From the NCBI GenBank assembly GCA_038231275.1, contig JBBRLQ010000002.1:512001-576000 (forward strand): a DNA stretch of 64,000 nt, in the 5' to 3' direction. Source of the DNA: Polyangiales bacterium (lineage in GTDB: Bacteria; Myxococcota_A; Polyangia; Polyangiales; Polyangiaceae). Below, one piece after another: positions 36,425 through 45,998 of the stretch. The notes under the pieces are model-generated. The model worked only from the letters and a program-made list of their open reading frames with translations. It was not told the origin of the DNA and searched no databases. The translations under genes were made by a program, and so were the position numbers. Numbering within the stretch: the stretch's first letter is position 1; the number at the start of each line of letters is the position of its first letter.

Positions 36425-37198
36425 CTACTTCTTCTTCCCCGCCTGGTGCAGCGCGAAGACGGCGCCTTGCGGGTCGGTCAGCTGCGCGATGCGACCGCCG
36501 GTGGGGACGTCCATCGGCCCGTTCATGATCTTCGCGCCGCGCTTCGTCGCGCGCGCGAGGGCCGCGTCGATGTCGTCGGTTTCGACGTAGTAGATCCACA
36601 TCGGAGGCATCGGCGTGCCCTTGGGGGTCGTCATCATGCCGCCGATCTGCGCCTCACCGACGCCGAACAGGCGGTAGACACCCATCGGACCCATGTCCTG
36701 CTCGTGGAGGACCTTCCACCCGAAGATCTCCGAGTAGAACGTGAAGGCGGCGCCGCTGTCGCTCGTCATGAGCTCGTTCCAGCAGAACTCGGCCTCCTTC
36801 GGCTCGTGCGCGGTCATCGCGGCGCTCGGCTTGAAGATCGCGAACGCGGCGCCCTGCGGATCCGCGACGACGGCGAAGCGGCCCACCGTCGGAATGTCGG
36901 ACGGCTCCTTGTAGACCTTGCCCCCGAGCTTTTTCGTGAGCGCCGCCGTCTTGTCGACGTCATCGACCTGCACGTGGCCCATCCAGCTCGGGTGCGCGCC
37001 CATCTTTGCGGCTTCGTCGGTGATCGCCATCACGCCGCCGAGCGGCCCCTGGCTCCCGACCCACATCGTGTAGTCGCCGCCGTCTCCGAAGGCCTGCGTC
37101 TTCCAGCCGGCGACCTCGGTGTAAAAGGCGATCGCGGCCTTCGGATCCTTGGTCATGTGGTCGTGCCAAACGAAGAGCCCGCTCGTCGTGTTCGCCAT
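36425..37198 (-). CDS. VOC/glyoxalase family protein (two domains)
   Basis: FVWHDHMTKDPKAAIAFY and FCWNELMTSD; two DPQGA motifs. Confidence 0.92.
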   Translation of the reverse strand: MANTTSGLFVWHDHMTKDPKAAIAFYTEVAGWKTQAFGDGGDYTMWVGSQGPLGGVMAITDEAAKMGAHPSWMGHVQVDDVDKTAALTKKLGGKVYKEPSDIPTVGRFAVVADPQGAAFAIFKPSAAMTAHEPKEAEFCWNELMTSDSGAAFTFYSEIFGWKVLHEQDMGPMGVYRLFGVGEAQIGGMMTTPKGTPMPPMWIYYVETDDIDAALARATKRGAKIMNGPMDVPTGGRIAQLTDPQGAVFALHQAGKKK

Positions 37199-37360
37199 GG
37201 GAGTCCTCCACCTACGCGCGAGGCGCGCATCTTTTTCAGGGCGCGGATGATGCGCCCCGTCGACGGCGCACGCAACGGTGACCGGTCGGCGGCGAGGACC
37301 CGCTTGCTCTGCCTTGCCTGACCGACTGGCAGGACACGGGCGCGCGGCTTACGCTGAAGG

Positions 37361-38248
37361 ATGCCGTCGCGCGAGAGCCCACCTCGAGTCGTGCGCCTTC
37401 GCACGCAGGTCGTGCTCGTCCTTGGCGCGCTCGTCTTCCTCGCGAGCGCCGGTGTCGCGGTCCATGGTGCCCACGCAGATCGGGTCACGTGCCGGCGCGT
37501 CGAGCGAACGGCCTCACCCCAAGGCGATCCGTCGACGTTCCCGATCGTCGCGCTTCCGGGGCCGGTTCGCGATCTCGACGGTGCCGTGCCGGGCAGGTTC
37601 CGCTTCGAGCGCGACCTCGGCGCGTTTCGCATGCGCTACGAGCTCTCGCCGGACGCGTGGCGATGGGGCCTCGGGCGCGCGACGCTGGCGGACCCGCGCG
37701 CGTGTGGTGAAGATGCGCTCGGGATCGAAGTTCCGACGCCGTCGAGCGATGTCGTCCTTCGCCGAGTGCCCGGCGACGTGTATCTCCTCACGGGCAACGC
37801 TCCCCTCCCGGCGATGGACGTGGCGTTTCGATCGGCGCCCGCCGGCTCCGTCCTCGTGTGGAGCGGCCTCGCTGCGGTGGCTGCGTCGTTGGCCGCGCTC
37901 GTCGTGCTCGCAGGCGCGTGGCTCGCTACGTGGACGGCGCGGCGACGCGTAGCGCGCCTCGCGACGTGGCGAGAGGGTGTCGTGGCCACGAGCGACACCG
38001 TGGTTCCGGCCGACGGCGGCGGCGCCCTCTTCGTGCGCGGCGGCGGCGTCGCGCCGGGCACGCCGGTCCTCTTCTCGCCGCCGCGCGCCGGGGATCCTTA
38101 TCGGAGCGCGCTCACGACGGTCGACGTCCATTCCGGCACGCGCACCGATCTCGACGCATGGCGAGAGCGGCGGCGGAGGCTCGCCCACTTTTTGGTCTTC
38201 GTTTCGATCGCCGCCGGCGTCGCGTCACTCGCGCTCGCCTTCTTCTGA
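37361..38248 (+). CDS. hypothetical membrane protein
   Basis: three hydrophobic segments; GDPYRS motif common in myxobacterial membrane proteins. Confidence 0.65.
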   Translation: MPSRESPPRVVRLRTQVVLVLGALVFLASAGVAVHGAHADRVTCRRVERTASPQGDPSTFPIVALPGPVRDLDGAVPGRFRFERDLGAFRMRYELSPDAWRWGLGRATLADPRACGEDALGIEVPTPSSDVVLRRVPGDVYLLTGNAPLPAMDVAFRSAPAGSVLVWSGLAAVAASLAALVVLAGAWLATWTARRRVARLATWREGVVATSDTVVPADGGGALFVRGGGVAPGTPVLFSPPRAGDPYRSALTTVDVHSGTRTDLDAWRERRRRLAHFLVFVSIAAGVASLALAFF

Positions 38249-38324
38249 GCGCCTAGAGTCGCCCGCCACCGGCCGAGGCTTCTGACGCCGCGGCCACGCG
38301 ACGCTCGTCCGTTTGCGTCATTCT

Positions 38325-38348
38325 AAAAAAACGAACGTTTGTTTTTTT
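38325..38348. promoter_or_regulatory. palindromic operator, probably for the adjacent TetR
   Basis: AAAAAAACGAAC|GTTTGTTTTTTT, 11 of 12 positions symmetric, AT-rich, 38 bp upstream of the TetR start. Confidence 0.75.
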
Positions 38349-38386
38349 TCTTGCCGAGGTAGGACTCGACTGTCAGGCTCCCTGGC

Positions 38387-39031
38387 GTGACGAAGTGGAG
38401 GAAACCCAGCGCCGATCGGATTCTCGAAGCCGCCGAGAAGGTGTTCGCGCGGCGAGGCTACGGAGGCACCTCCCTGCGCCAGCTCATGAGCGCGGCAGGC
38501 GTCTCCACGACCGCGTTCTACGCTCGCTTCGCCTCGAAGGAGGACGTGCTGCGCGCCCTCGCGCTCCGGCTGCTCGAGGAGCTGGAGGGGACGGCGCGGA
38601 CCGAGCTCGCCCAGTCGATCGGCCTCGAGGACTCCTTCCGACGCGGCGTCGACGTGCTCTTCGACGTGCTGGCGCCGCGTCGCGCGCTGGTACGCATTCT
38701 GCTCACCGAGGCCGCTTCGAGCGCGGAGATCACGCAGACGATCGGGCGCCTGCATACCGCCCTCGCGGCGCTCCTGGCGGGGCGGATCGAGGCGCTGGTC
38801 GCGCGCGGCAGCGTTCACCCGCTGGACGCGACGTCGGCGGCGTGGAGCTTCGTCGGCGCGCTCAACATGCAGATCCAACGTTGGGCAGTCTACGAGCACG
38901 TGAGCACCGAGGCGCTGCAGGGCACGCTGCACGCCGTCGCGAGCTCGCTCTTGCCAGTGTTGCGGCCAGTGTCGGGTGTCCGCCGCAAGCGACCGCGTCC
39001 GGTCGCGAATCAGAGGAGAAGCAAACGATGA
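38387..39031 (+). CDS. TetR/AcrR family regulator
   Basis: RILEAAEKVFARRGYGGTSLRQLMSAAGVSTTAFYARFASKEDVL. Confidence 0.93.
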   Translation: MTKWRKPSADRILEAAEKVFARRGYGGTSLRQLMSAAGVSTTAFYARFASKEDVLRALALRLLEELEGTARTELAQSIGLEDSFRRGVDVLFDVLAPRRALVRILLTEAASSAEITQTIGRLHTALAALLAGRIEALVARGSVHPLDATSAAWSFVGALNMQIQRWAVYEHVSTEALQGTLHAVASSLLPVLRPVSGVRRKRPRPVANQRRSKR

Positions 39032-40194
39032 ACAAGCACCTATTTCCGGTCTTTGCCCTGGCGCTCTGCGCGAGCTGCAGCGCGTCCTCGAATCCGACCG
39101 ACGCAGTCCCCGAGACCGAGCCCCTCGCGCTCGACGAGGGCACTGGCGCCGATCTCGACACGCCCGATCCTACGCCCGCGTCCGATCCGTGCATCGACGA
39201 GGACATCTGCGACGAGGTCGCGATCCGCAGCGAGCTCGACGTGGAAGCAGGCCCGGGCGGCCGGCCGACGCGGTACGTGGTCGGCGCGCGCTTGCTCGTC
39301 CTGACCTACGCGCCGTTCCACACGACGCCGAGCGCCAAGGGTCCGCTTCTCACCGCCGCGCCGCCGCACGGAGGCGTTCCGCAGGACGGGCTGCACCTCT
39401 GGGGCAACCCGCGCGGCGTCCTCTCCCCCGCGCAAGAGGTCGTTCTGGAGAGCCCGCTCCGCTACTCCGGCTTCTTCAAGGTCTCGTACGGCGGCAAGAC
39501 CGGGTACGTCCTGACTTCGAAGGTCGTCCTCGCGAATCCCGAGCACGACGCGGTGGCCTTTGCGAAGCGCCCGGACGTGCGGAACGCGTTCTTCAAGCAC
39601 CAGATCCACCGCAATCGCTGGAACAAGGACGGCCCCTCCCACTCCGGCAACTGCGCGCCGACGAGCCTCGCGATGGCGCTGAGCATCCTGGGCAAAGAAC
39701 CCGCGGGGCTCAGCGTCGAGGAGAGCATCCACCGCGTTCGCCTCTCGTACGACACGCCGTTTCACTCGGACTCCGGGCCCACGTCACGGCTTCAAATCCA
39801 GCAGGCGGCCAAGGCCCTCGGGCTCCACGTCGCGCCGCTCGGCGACGCGCGCACCGGCGCACACGCTCTCGCGCGCGTGGCCGCGGAGCTCGCGGACCAT
39901 CGCCTCGTCGTCCTCGAGGGGGACACCGGCAACGGGAGCTCGGTCTACCAGCGCGCCATGAACCGCGCCTACGCCGCGGCGATTCGCGCCGGACAAGCGC
40001 TCTACCATTCGACGTATGATTTCAGTGGTTTTCACTCGATCGTCGTCATCAGCCGGGAGGCGAACGGCCACTACATCGTCGGCGATCCGTTCTCCGAGGT
40101 CGGCTTCGTGACGCTCACGCCCGCAGAGCTCGAGGACTTCATGTCGCGATGGAGCGGGCACCATGGCACCGGCAACGCGGTGTGGGTCCCGTAG
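39028..40194 (+). CDS. lipoprotein with SH3-like segment and C39-like cysteine peptidase domain
   Basis: lipobox CASC; GFFKVSYGGKTGYV; NCAPTSLAM, FHSIVV, IVGDP catalytic Cys/His/Asp; ATGA overlap with tetR. Confidence 0.8.
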   Translation: MNKHLFPVFALALCASCSASSNPTDAVPETEPLALDEGTGADLDTPDPTPASDPCIDEDICDEVAIRSELDVEAGPGGRPTRYVVGARLLVLTYAPFHTTPSAKGPLLTAAPPHGGVPQDGLHLWGNPRGVLSPAQEVVLESPLRYSGFFKVSYGGKTGYVLTSKVVLANPEHDAVAFAKRPDVRNAFFKHQIHRNRWNKDGPSHSGNCAPTSLAMALSILGKEPAGLSVEESIHRVRLSYDTPFHSDSGPTSRLQIQQAAKALGLHVAPLGDARTGAHALARVAAELADHRLVVLEGDTGNGSSVYQRAMNRAYAAAIRAGQALYHSTYDFSGFHSIVVISREANGHYIVGDPFSEVGFVTLTPAELEDFMSRWSGHHGTGNAVWVP

Positions 40195-40267
40195 ATCGCG
40201 CAAGAAGAAACGCGCGATCGGTGAATCGGAAGGTCGCTACACTCGTCTGAACTTGGGGAGGTCTGTC

Positions 40268-41029
40268 ATGAACGTCCGCCGTGTCCTCGTCGCCGCCGGC
40301 TTGCTCACGTTGCTCTCTTGGCAGGTATCTTGGCAGGCCTCGGCCCAAGCGGACGACGGGATGCCCAAGTCGCCGACGAAGAAGCCTTCGCCGAGCTGGG
40401 AGGTGCGGATGGCCGCGCTGACCGCCCTCGACGGGTGCGCCACCGCGATGGCGGCGCACGGCAGCAAGTCTGCTCTCGCGACCGACGACGAGTACTTCAC
40501 GTACACGTCCGGTCGCGACGCCGCCGTCGCGAAGGACGCTGCGATCGTCGCGTTCGATGCGTCGCTCGCGCGCTCTCGCGATCGCACGCCGTCGAAGATG
40601 TTTCCGGTCTGCACGAAGTACTTCGCCGACTACGCGGCCGGGGTGGGCGCCGCGGACGCGCCGCTCTCGACCTACTGCGAAGCGCGTGTTCGCCCGTTCT
40701 TGAGGCAGGCGACGGACAACCTCGCCGAGTTCCAGCGTCAGGGTCTCAAGAACGGTCGCATTTCCATGGCACGCAGCAACCTCGAGAGCGCCCGGTTCGG
40801 GCTGCGCGGCGGCCAGTTCTCGGGCCCGATCGGGCACTGCTCGCTCAACGACAACTTCAAGAAGGCGATGGCTCCGATGAAGACCGTGTTCGCGGCGCTC
40901 GAGGCGCAGATCGTCGCTGCGGAGACGGCGAAGGGCATCAAGTTCGTCCCCATCGACAACAAGGACCTCGGCACCGGCACGAGCTACGTCGATCTGAAGA
41001 CGAACCAGCCGATGGTCGGCAGCCAGTAG
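40268..41029 (+). CDS. secreted hypothetical protein
   Basis: SD GGAGG; signal peptide ending ASAQA; 4 Cys. Confidence 0.75.
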   Translation: MNVRRVLVAAGLLTLLSWQVSWQASAQADDGMPKSPTKKPSPSWEVRMAALTALDGCATAMAAHGSKSALATDDEYFTYTSGRDAAVAKDAAIVAFDASLARSRDRTPSKMFPVCTKYFADYAAGVGAADAPLSTYCEARVRPFLRQATDNLAEFQRQGLKNGRISMARSNLESARFGLRGGQFSGPIGHCSLNDNFKKAMAPMKTVFAALEAQIVAAETAKGIKFVPIDNKDLGTGTSYVDLKTNQPMVGSQ

Positions 41030-41043
41030 AAGGCGCGGCCAGA

Positions 41044-41412
41044 CTACCGGGGCGGCGCGCTCCCGCGGAGGCGCGAGGCGATCCGCTCCTCGAGCGCGGT
41101 CGCTTCGATCCCGAGCGTCGCTGCCGACGCGAGGAGCAGCGCGCGCTCCTGCGGATCGACGCGCCCATCGACGACGGCCGCCTCGACCAGCAACGCCATC
41201 ACCCGCACCCGCACGTCCGGGGCCAGGGTACGCAGCGTCATGGTGGTCCGCCCGACCGAGTCCTGCGAGAACGGGCCGACCTCGCGCTCCGGCAGACCGA
41301 AACGCTCGACGACGCGGCGATAGAACTCGCGCTCGGAGTCGGTGATCTCGCCGTCCGCCGCGATCATCGTCTCGAGCAGCTGACAGACCTTCTGGCGATC
41401 GTCGACGTCCAT
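41044..41412 (-). CDS. TerB-family protein
   Basis: ADGEITDSE and VDGRVDPQE paired motifs. Confidence 0.85.
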   Translation of the reverse strand: MDVDDRQKVCQLLETMIAADGEITDSEREFYRRVVERFGLPEREVGPFSQDSVGRTTMTLRTLAPDVRVRVMALLVEAAVVDGRVDPQERALLLASAATLGIEATALEERIASRLRGSAPPR

Positions 41413-41436
41413 GGGTCGCTCAGGATAGCAAGCAGG

Positions 41437-42387
41437 TCAGGGCGACGCCGAGCCTTTCAAGTCGTTGTATTGTGCAAGTACCTGCGCCGGCGTGATCGTG
41501 TGCCCCTGCACTGGCTGGTACAGCGTGAACACCGAGCCCGCGGCCTCGAAGTCGGCTTTGTCCTGTAGCGGCTGGGCCATGCCGTTCGGGTCGGTCGTCC
41601 CCTGCACGTGGCTCACCGGGATTTTCCACGGCGCGGCGGAGGGAGGGTAGCCGTTCTGCCGCGCGAAGCCCGCGTTGGAGCCGCCCATCGCGAGCCCCGA
41701 GAACTGGCTCGCCGCGCCGATGCCAAGGAGGTAGCCGTAGAAGCCGCCTTCTGAGAAGCCCCACAAGATGTGCCGTTTCGGATCCACGTCGTAGCAGTCG
41801 TCGATCTCTTTCACGAGATCCTGCACGTGGTTCAGATCGGCGACCGCCCAGTTCGCGCCATTCGGGTACGTCACCGGATCGGTGGCCGCGCGCGAGCCCT
41901 TCGGCGCCACGAGCACCAGCTGCGCACTGTCGGCGATCGGCTGCCAGAGGGCCGCGAGCTCGCCGGTGCCGTCGGAGTCCTGGCCATGCATGATGACGAC
42001 GACGATGTGCGCGACCTTTGGATCGTAGGTGCTCGGTGCGTAGACGTGGAACGCGAGGCCCCCCGCTTGCTGGAACGCCGTGAGACCCGTCTTGTGCGCC
42101 TGGTACTTGCAGCCCAGCTTGCTCGCGTCGCCTGCGCTCGTCGCCCCATCACGTCCGGCGTCACCGCTCGCTGCATCGCCCGCCGCATCGCCCGCCGCGG
42201 CACCGTCGGACCCAATCGGTCCGTCACCGCCCATGGCCCCGTCCCCCTGCCCGGTCCCGCCGCCGCCGTCGTCGCCCGACGCGCTCGCGGCATCGGTGGA
42301 CGAGCACGCCGCGAGCGCGACGAACGACACGGTCGCCGCGAGCGCGCCGAGGACCCAGGAGAGACGGCCGCTGCCCATGCCGCTCAT
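41437..42387 (-). CDS. alpha/beta-hydrolase (esterase/depolymerase-like) lipoprotein
   Basis: lipobox LAAC; MHG, GFSEGG nucleophile elbow, GTTD, GHTI. Confidence 0.85.
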   Translation of the reverse strand: MSGMGSGRLSWVLGALAATVSFVALAACSSTDAASASGDDGGGGTGQGDGAMGGDGPIGSDGAAAGDAAGDAASGDAGRDGATSAGDASKLGCKYQAHKTGLTAFQQAGGLAFHVYAPSTYDPKVAHIVVVIMHGQDSDGTGELAALWQPIADSAQLVLVAPKGSRAATDPVTYPNGANWAVADLNHVQDLVKEIDDCYDVDPKRHILWGFSEGGFYGYLLGIGAASQFSGLAMGGSNAGFARQNGYPPSAAPWKIPVSHVQGTTDPNGMAQPLQDKADFEAAGSVFTLYQPVQGHTITPAQVLAQYNDLKGSASP

Positions 42388-42401
42388 GATAGCGCGATGG
42401 C

Positions 42402-43508
42402 TCAAAACGCCAGGTCGACGAGCACCTGCCGGTGGTCGAGCCCCGGGTGCGCCGCCCACGGGTGGTCGTCGTACTCGCCGAGCGCGGAGCCGTATTTCAG
42501 ATCCTGCGACGCCCCACGGTAATACTTTCCGCACGTGGTGCACGCCGCGCCGAAATTCGAGAAGGTGTGGTCGTACTGCCACTTGCCGACCGGGAAGATG
42601 TACTGCGCGCTGTACTCGTCGTCGTGCGGCGCAAAGCCGAAGTGCTGTCCCTTGCTGTAGTTGACGAGGAAGCCGGCCGGCACCTGGAGCTCGTCGTCGC
42701 GCTGCGTGTTCCAGTCGCCGCCGATGATGACGTGCTTCTTGTCCGCCGCGAGCGTGCTCCATGCGCGGCCGACCTCCTCCATCCGGCACTTCTTCTGCGC
42801 GCCGCTGATCGGGTTCGACGGCGGGTGGATCGCGATCGCGGTGATGACGATGGGATTGCCGTGCGCGTCCTTGCTGCCGAGGAGCTCGAGATCGGCGGAG
42901 CGCGCCGTGAAGTCGTAGTGGCAGTTCGATTTGTCCCACGCGTCGGCGTTCGACCCGAAGACGTGCCCCGCCGAGCGCAGCGCGAGCTTCTTCGTGTCGT
43001 AGACGACGCACTCGTGGCGGTGCGACGCCTTGGGGTTGTCCATCGGGAACTCGGCGTCCTCGAGGCCGGTGTCGCGATCGATGCTGGCGTGGCACGAGAC
43101 GGCGTACGGCTTGTCGGGAACGTCGGGGAGAATGGGGCCGCCGAGGTTCTTCGTCGCGTCGCCGCCGCGCTTCACGTCACTCTCGAAGATCGTCCGCGTG
43201 AGCTGTGGCTCGTCGAGGACCTCGGAGATCAGGATGACGTCCGGCTTCCACGTCGCGATGTACGCGCGGATCTGCTGCGAGACGTCCGAAGCGCAGAGCT
43301 TGTCCTCGTAGGGGCTGCACCCTCCGCGCACGTCGGCGTTTCCGACGTTCATCGCGAGATAGCGCAGGTGGTGCCCCGACGCGCCGAGCGCCGAGGTGTC
43401 ATCGGCGGGCGGGTCGATCGCCCCGTTCGAGCCGCTGCAGGCGGCGACGCCGACCAGGAACGGCAGAGAGAAGAGGAGGTGATGGGCACGCGGCAAGGTG
43501 GGCCTCAC
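42402..43508 (-). CDS. endonuclease/exonuclease/phosphatase family lipoprotein
   Basis: AMNVGN, ILISEV, GGDWN, YDHTF, LDHRQV; lipobox VAAC; start 43508 or 43538. Confidence 0.8.
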   Translation of the reverse strand: MRPTLPRAHHLLFSLPFLVGVAACSGSNGAIDPPADDTSALGASGHHLRYLAMNVGNADVRGGCSPYEDKLCASDVSQQIRAYIATWKPDVILISEVLDEPQLTRTIFESDVKRGGDATKNLGGPILPDVPDKPYAVSCHASIDRDTGLEDAEFPMDNPKASHRHECVVYDTKKLALRSAGHVFGSNADAWDKSNCHYDFTARSADLELLGSKDAHGNPIVITAIAIHPPSNPISGAQKKCRMEEVGRAWSTLAADKKHVIIGGDWNTQRDDELQVPAGFLVNYSKGQHFGFAPHDDEYSAQYIFPVGKWQYDHTFSNFGAACTTCGKYYRGASQDLKYGSALGEYDDHPWAAHPGLDHRQVLVDLAF

Positions 43509-43678
43509 GGGGTTTGCCCACCTGTAAGCAAATGTCACACCCGTGCAGTGTTATTGAAATAATTCAGATTTTCAGCGGGAGTGGGCTGGAGCGGATCCGC
43601 TTTGTGGCGGCGCGCGCGATCCAGCCCGGGCCAACGGAAGGGGCGAGCGTTTCGCTCCGCTGCGCTTCGCTCCACTCC

Positions 43679-44887
43679 TCAATTGAGCCAGAGAAAGTAG
43701 CGAAGCTTTCGGGCGAAGGACTCCTCCCCGTGCTCGAGCTCGGAGGCCATTCGCGCGAGGCGGCGCGGGAGCGGCGAAGGGCGCATCCGATCGGCGTATG
43801 CGTCGCCCAGGACCGATCGGAGGGCGCGATCCGGATCGCGTTGGGCGTGCTCGAGGACCTCTACGTCAAGGTGGAGATCGCGCGGCGACGAGAGCAGCTT
43901 GCCGACGTCGACGAAGCCGTGCACCGGCACCCTCGTCCCCTCCCCTGCGAGGCTCATGAGCTCGCCGAGATCGAGCCCCTCCTCGCTGCGCACGAGGCGT
44001 CGCGCATCCCCAAGCACACCCTCCCAGGTCGCGTAGAGCGCCTCGTCGACCGGCAGCGGCAACGGGTGACTCTGCTGGCGCGGGCTCGGCACCCACTCGC
44101 GATCGTCGTCGACCTCTGCGAGGTACGCTCGCCGCGCGCGATCGGAGTGGTCGATCCCTTCGAGGATCCGATCGCGCGCCGCCCGCACGCGGCCGGCGTC
44201 CTCGAGGTTGATGACGAGCATGCCCTTCTGCGACTCTTTGAATCCGACGATGTCCTTCCAGCGGTAGGCGACAATGAGATCGACGAGCGCGCGCTGGAAC
44301 GCCACCATCGCGCGGGCCCACGCGACGTCGCCCGCGTCGAGGCGGAACGTGGGCCGGCGTCGCGGGTCGCCGTCCGGGAGCGGCTCGCCCGTCGCGTCCA
44401 GCTCGATTTCGAGGAGGCGGTCGTCGCGGCCGTTCTCCTGACCGTCGTGGTTCCAGTCGCCTTTCCAGCACGCGATGCAGAGCTCGAGGGCGAACGCCTT
44501 GTCCTCCTCGGCCACCGCGAGATCTTGATCGATGCGCGCGAGCGTCTCCTCCGCCTTGACGAGGGACGCGCGGAGGCGGTCGAAATCCGGACGGCGGCGC
44601 ATCGACCCGCCGACGACGACGATGACCTCTTCGGCCAGATTGTCGGCCATCTTCTCCCACGTGGCGATGGCGCGTACCGCACGCGCGAGGGCGTTCGTGT
44701 CGTCCTTGCCGAGCGCGTCGTCGGCGGCACGCGAGGCCTCGGTGAATCGCCCCGCTTGAAGCGCGAGCACCGCCGGGCGTGCGCTGTCTGCGCGCTCGGC
44801 TGGCGTCTGACGCGCGCCGCACGAGCCGGACGCGAGGAGGAGCACGCCGAGCACGAGGATGACGACGAACCGATGCACCCACCCCAT
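43679..44887 (-). CDS. hypothetical alpha-helical lipoprotein
   Basis: signal peptide ending ASGSC; DWNHDG and DDDREWVPSPRQ motifs. Confidence 0.75.
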   Translation of the reverse strand: MGWVHRFVVILVLGVLLLASGSCGARQTPAERADSARPAVLALQAGRFTEASRAADDALGKDDTNALARAVRAIATWEKMADNLAEEVIVVVGGSMRRRPDFDRLRASLVKAEETLARIDQDLAVAEEDKAFALELCIACWKGDWNHDGQENGRDDRLLEIELDATGEPLPDGDPRRRPTFRLDAGDVAWARAMVAFQRALVDLIVAYRWKDIVGFKESQKGMLVINLEDAGRVRAARDRILEGIDHSDRARRAYLAEVDDDREWVPSPRQQSHPLPLPVDEALYATWEGVLGDARRLVRSEEGLDLGELMSLAGEGTRVPVHGFVDVGKLLSSPRDLHLDVEVLEHAQRDPDRALRSVLGDAYADRMRPSPLPRRLARMASELEHGEESFARKLRYFLWLN

Positions 44888-44928
44888 GAGGATAGATCCT
44901 ACGCGCGCCGCGTGCGCTTGTCCGGCGA

Positions 44929-45942
44929 TCAGGGGACCAAGAGGACCTTCCCGTCGCTCGCGCCCTGCTGGGCCGCGGCGAGGGCGGCGTCGTGCTCCGC
45001 GAGCGAGAACCGCGCGCGCACCTGGGTGCGGAGGACGCCGCCGAGCAGGCCCTGCACCTTCATGATGGCGAAGAGCTGCCCCAGCGTGCTCGTGGATTCG
45101 AGCCACTCGTACATCGTGAAGCCTTCGATCCGCTTGCCGTGGAAGACGAGGTCCGATGTCTCGACGCGGCAGGGCGCGTTGGAGAGCATTCCGTAGACAC
45201 GCACGACGCTGCCCGGCGGCATCGCGGCGAAGAGCTGCCCGGTCGTCTCGCCGCCGACGGCGTCGAGGGCGAGCGAGACGCCGAGCTTGGCAGAGAGGGC
45301 GCGGAGCTCCTCGACGAAACCCTCTTCGCTCGAGTCGAGGACGTGCGTGGCCCCCTCCTCCTTCTTCAACGCCTCGGCTTGTGCCAGGCGGCGCACGACG
45401 TGAACGACCTCTCGTCCTTGCGCGCGCATCAGCCGGCTCGTCATTCGTCCGAGGGCGCCCGCGGCGGCCGTCAGCACGACGGCGCGGTGGCCTTCACGGC
45501 GCGCGCGCGTCGCGAGCACCCACGCGGTGAGCGGGTTGGTCAGCATCGTCGCGCCCGCTTCGAGCTCGACGCCGCCGCGAAGCGGAGCGCAGCGCATCGC
45601 CGGCACCGCGACGTACTCGGCCCACGTCCCGTCCCCGTCGCCGGCGGCGCAGGCCACGCGTCGTCCGAGCATCGTCCGCGCGATGAAGCCGCCGCCCGCC
45701 GCGACGACCGTGCCACTCCCCTCGAATCCGGGCACCACCGGCAGCGCCTTCTTCACCTCGTACTGATCGCGGAGAAAGAGCAGATCGTTCGGGTTGATTG
45801 GCGCGGCCGCCACGTGCACGAGCACCTCGCCACGACGCGGCGTCGGGACCGCCTTTTCGACGAGCACCGGCCGCGGCAGCTCGCCCTCGCGGGTCCGCAG
45901 CTCCAAGGCGCGCATCGTGGTGGGGGCCGACGCTCGGGTCAT
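44929..45942 (-). CDS. MDR-family NAD(P)H:quinone oxidoreductase/enoyl reductase-like protein
   Basis: APINPNDL, PGFEGSG, NPLTA, TAAAGALG, DAVGG, GKVLL. Confidence 0.9.
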   Translation of the reverse strand: MTRASAPTTMRALELRTREGELPRPVLVEKAVPTPRRGEVLVHVAAAPINPNDLLFLRDQYEVKKALPVVPGFEGSGTVVAAGGGFIARTMLGRRVACAAGDGDGTWAEYVAVPAMRCAPLRGGVELEAGATMLTNPLTAWVLATRARREGHRAVVLTAAAGALGRMTSRLMRAQGREVVHVVRRLAQAEALKKEEGATHVLDSSEEGFVEELRALSAKLGVSLALDAVGGETTGQLFAAMPPGSVVRVYGMLSNAPCRVETSDLVFHGKRIEGFTMYEWLESTSTLGQLFAIMKVQGLLGGVLRTQVRARFSLAEHDAALAAAQQGASDGKVLLVP

Positions 45943-45998
45943 GTTCGGCGCGTTGGATGCCCGCGCGCGGCCGAGCGTAGCGCGAGTATGATGCGCGG

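Noticed and set aside
43577-43679. Nested inverted repeats (GGAGTGG/CCACTCC, GGGCTGGA/TCCAGCCC) as a REP element or sRNA
   Set aside because: Single copy in the window and short GC-rich arms; cannot be told from chance or a simple terminator without a genome-wide search
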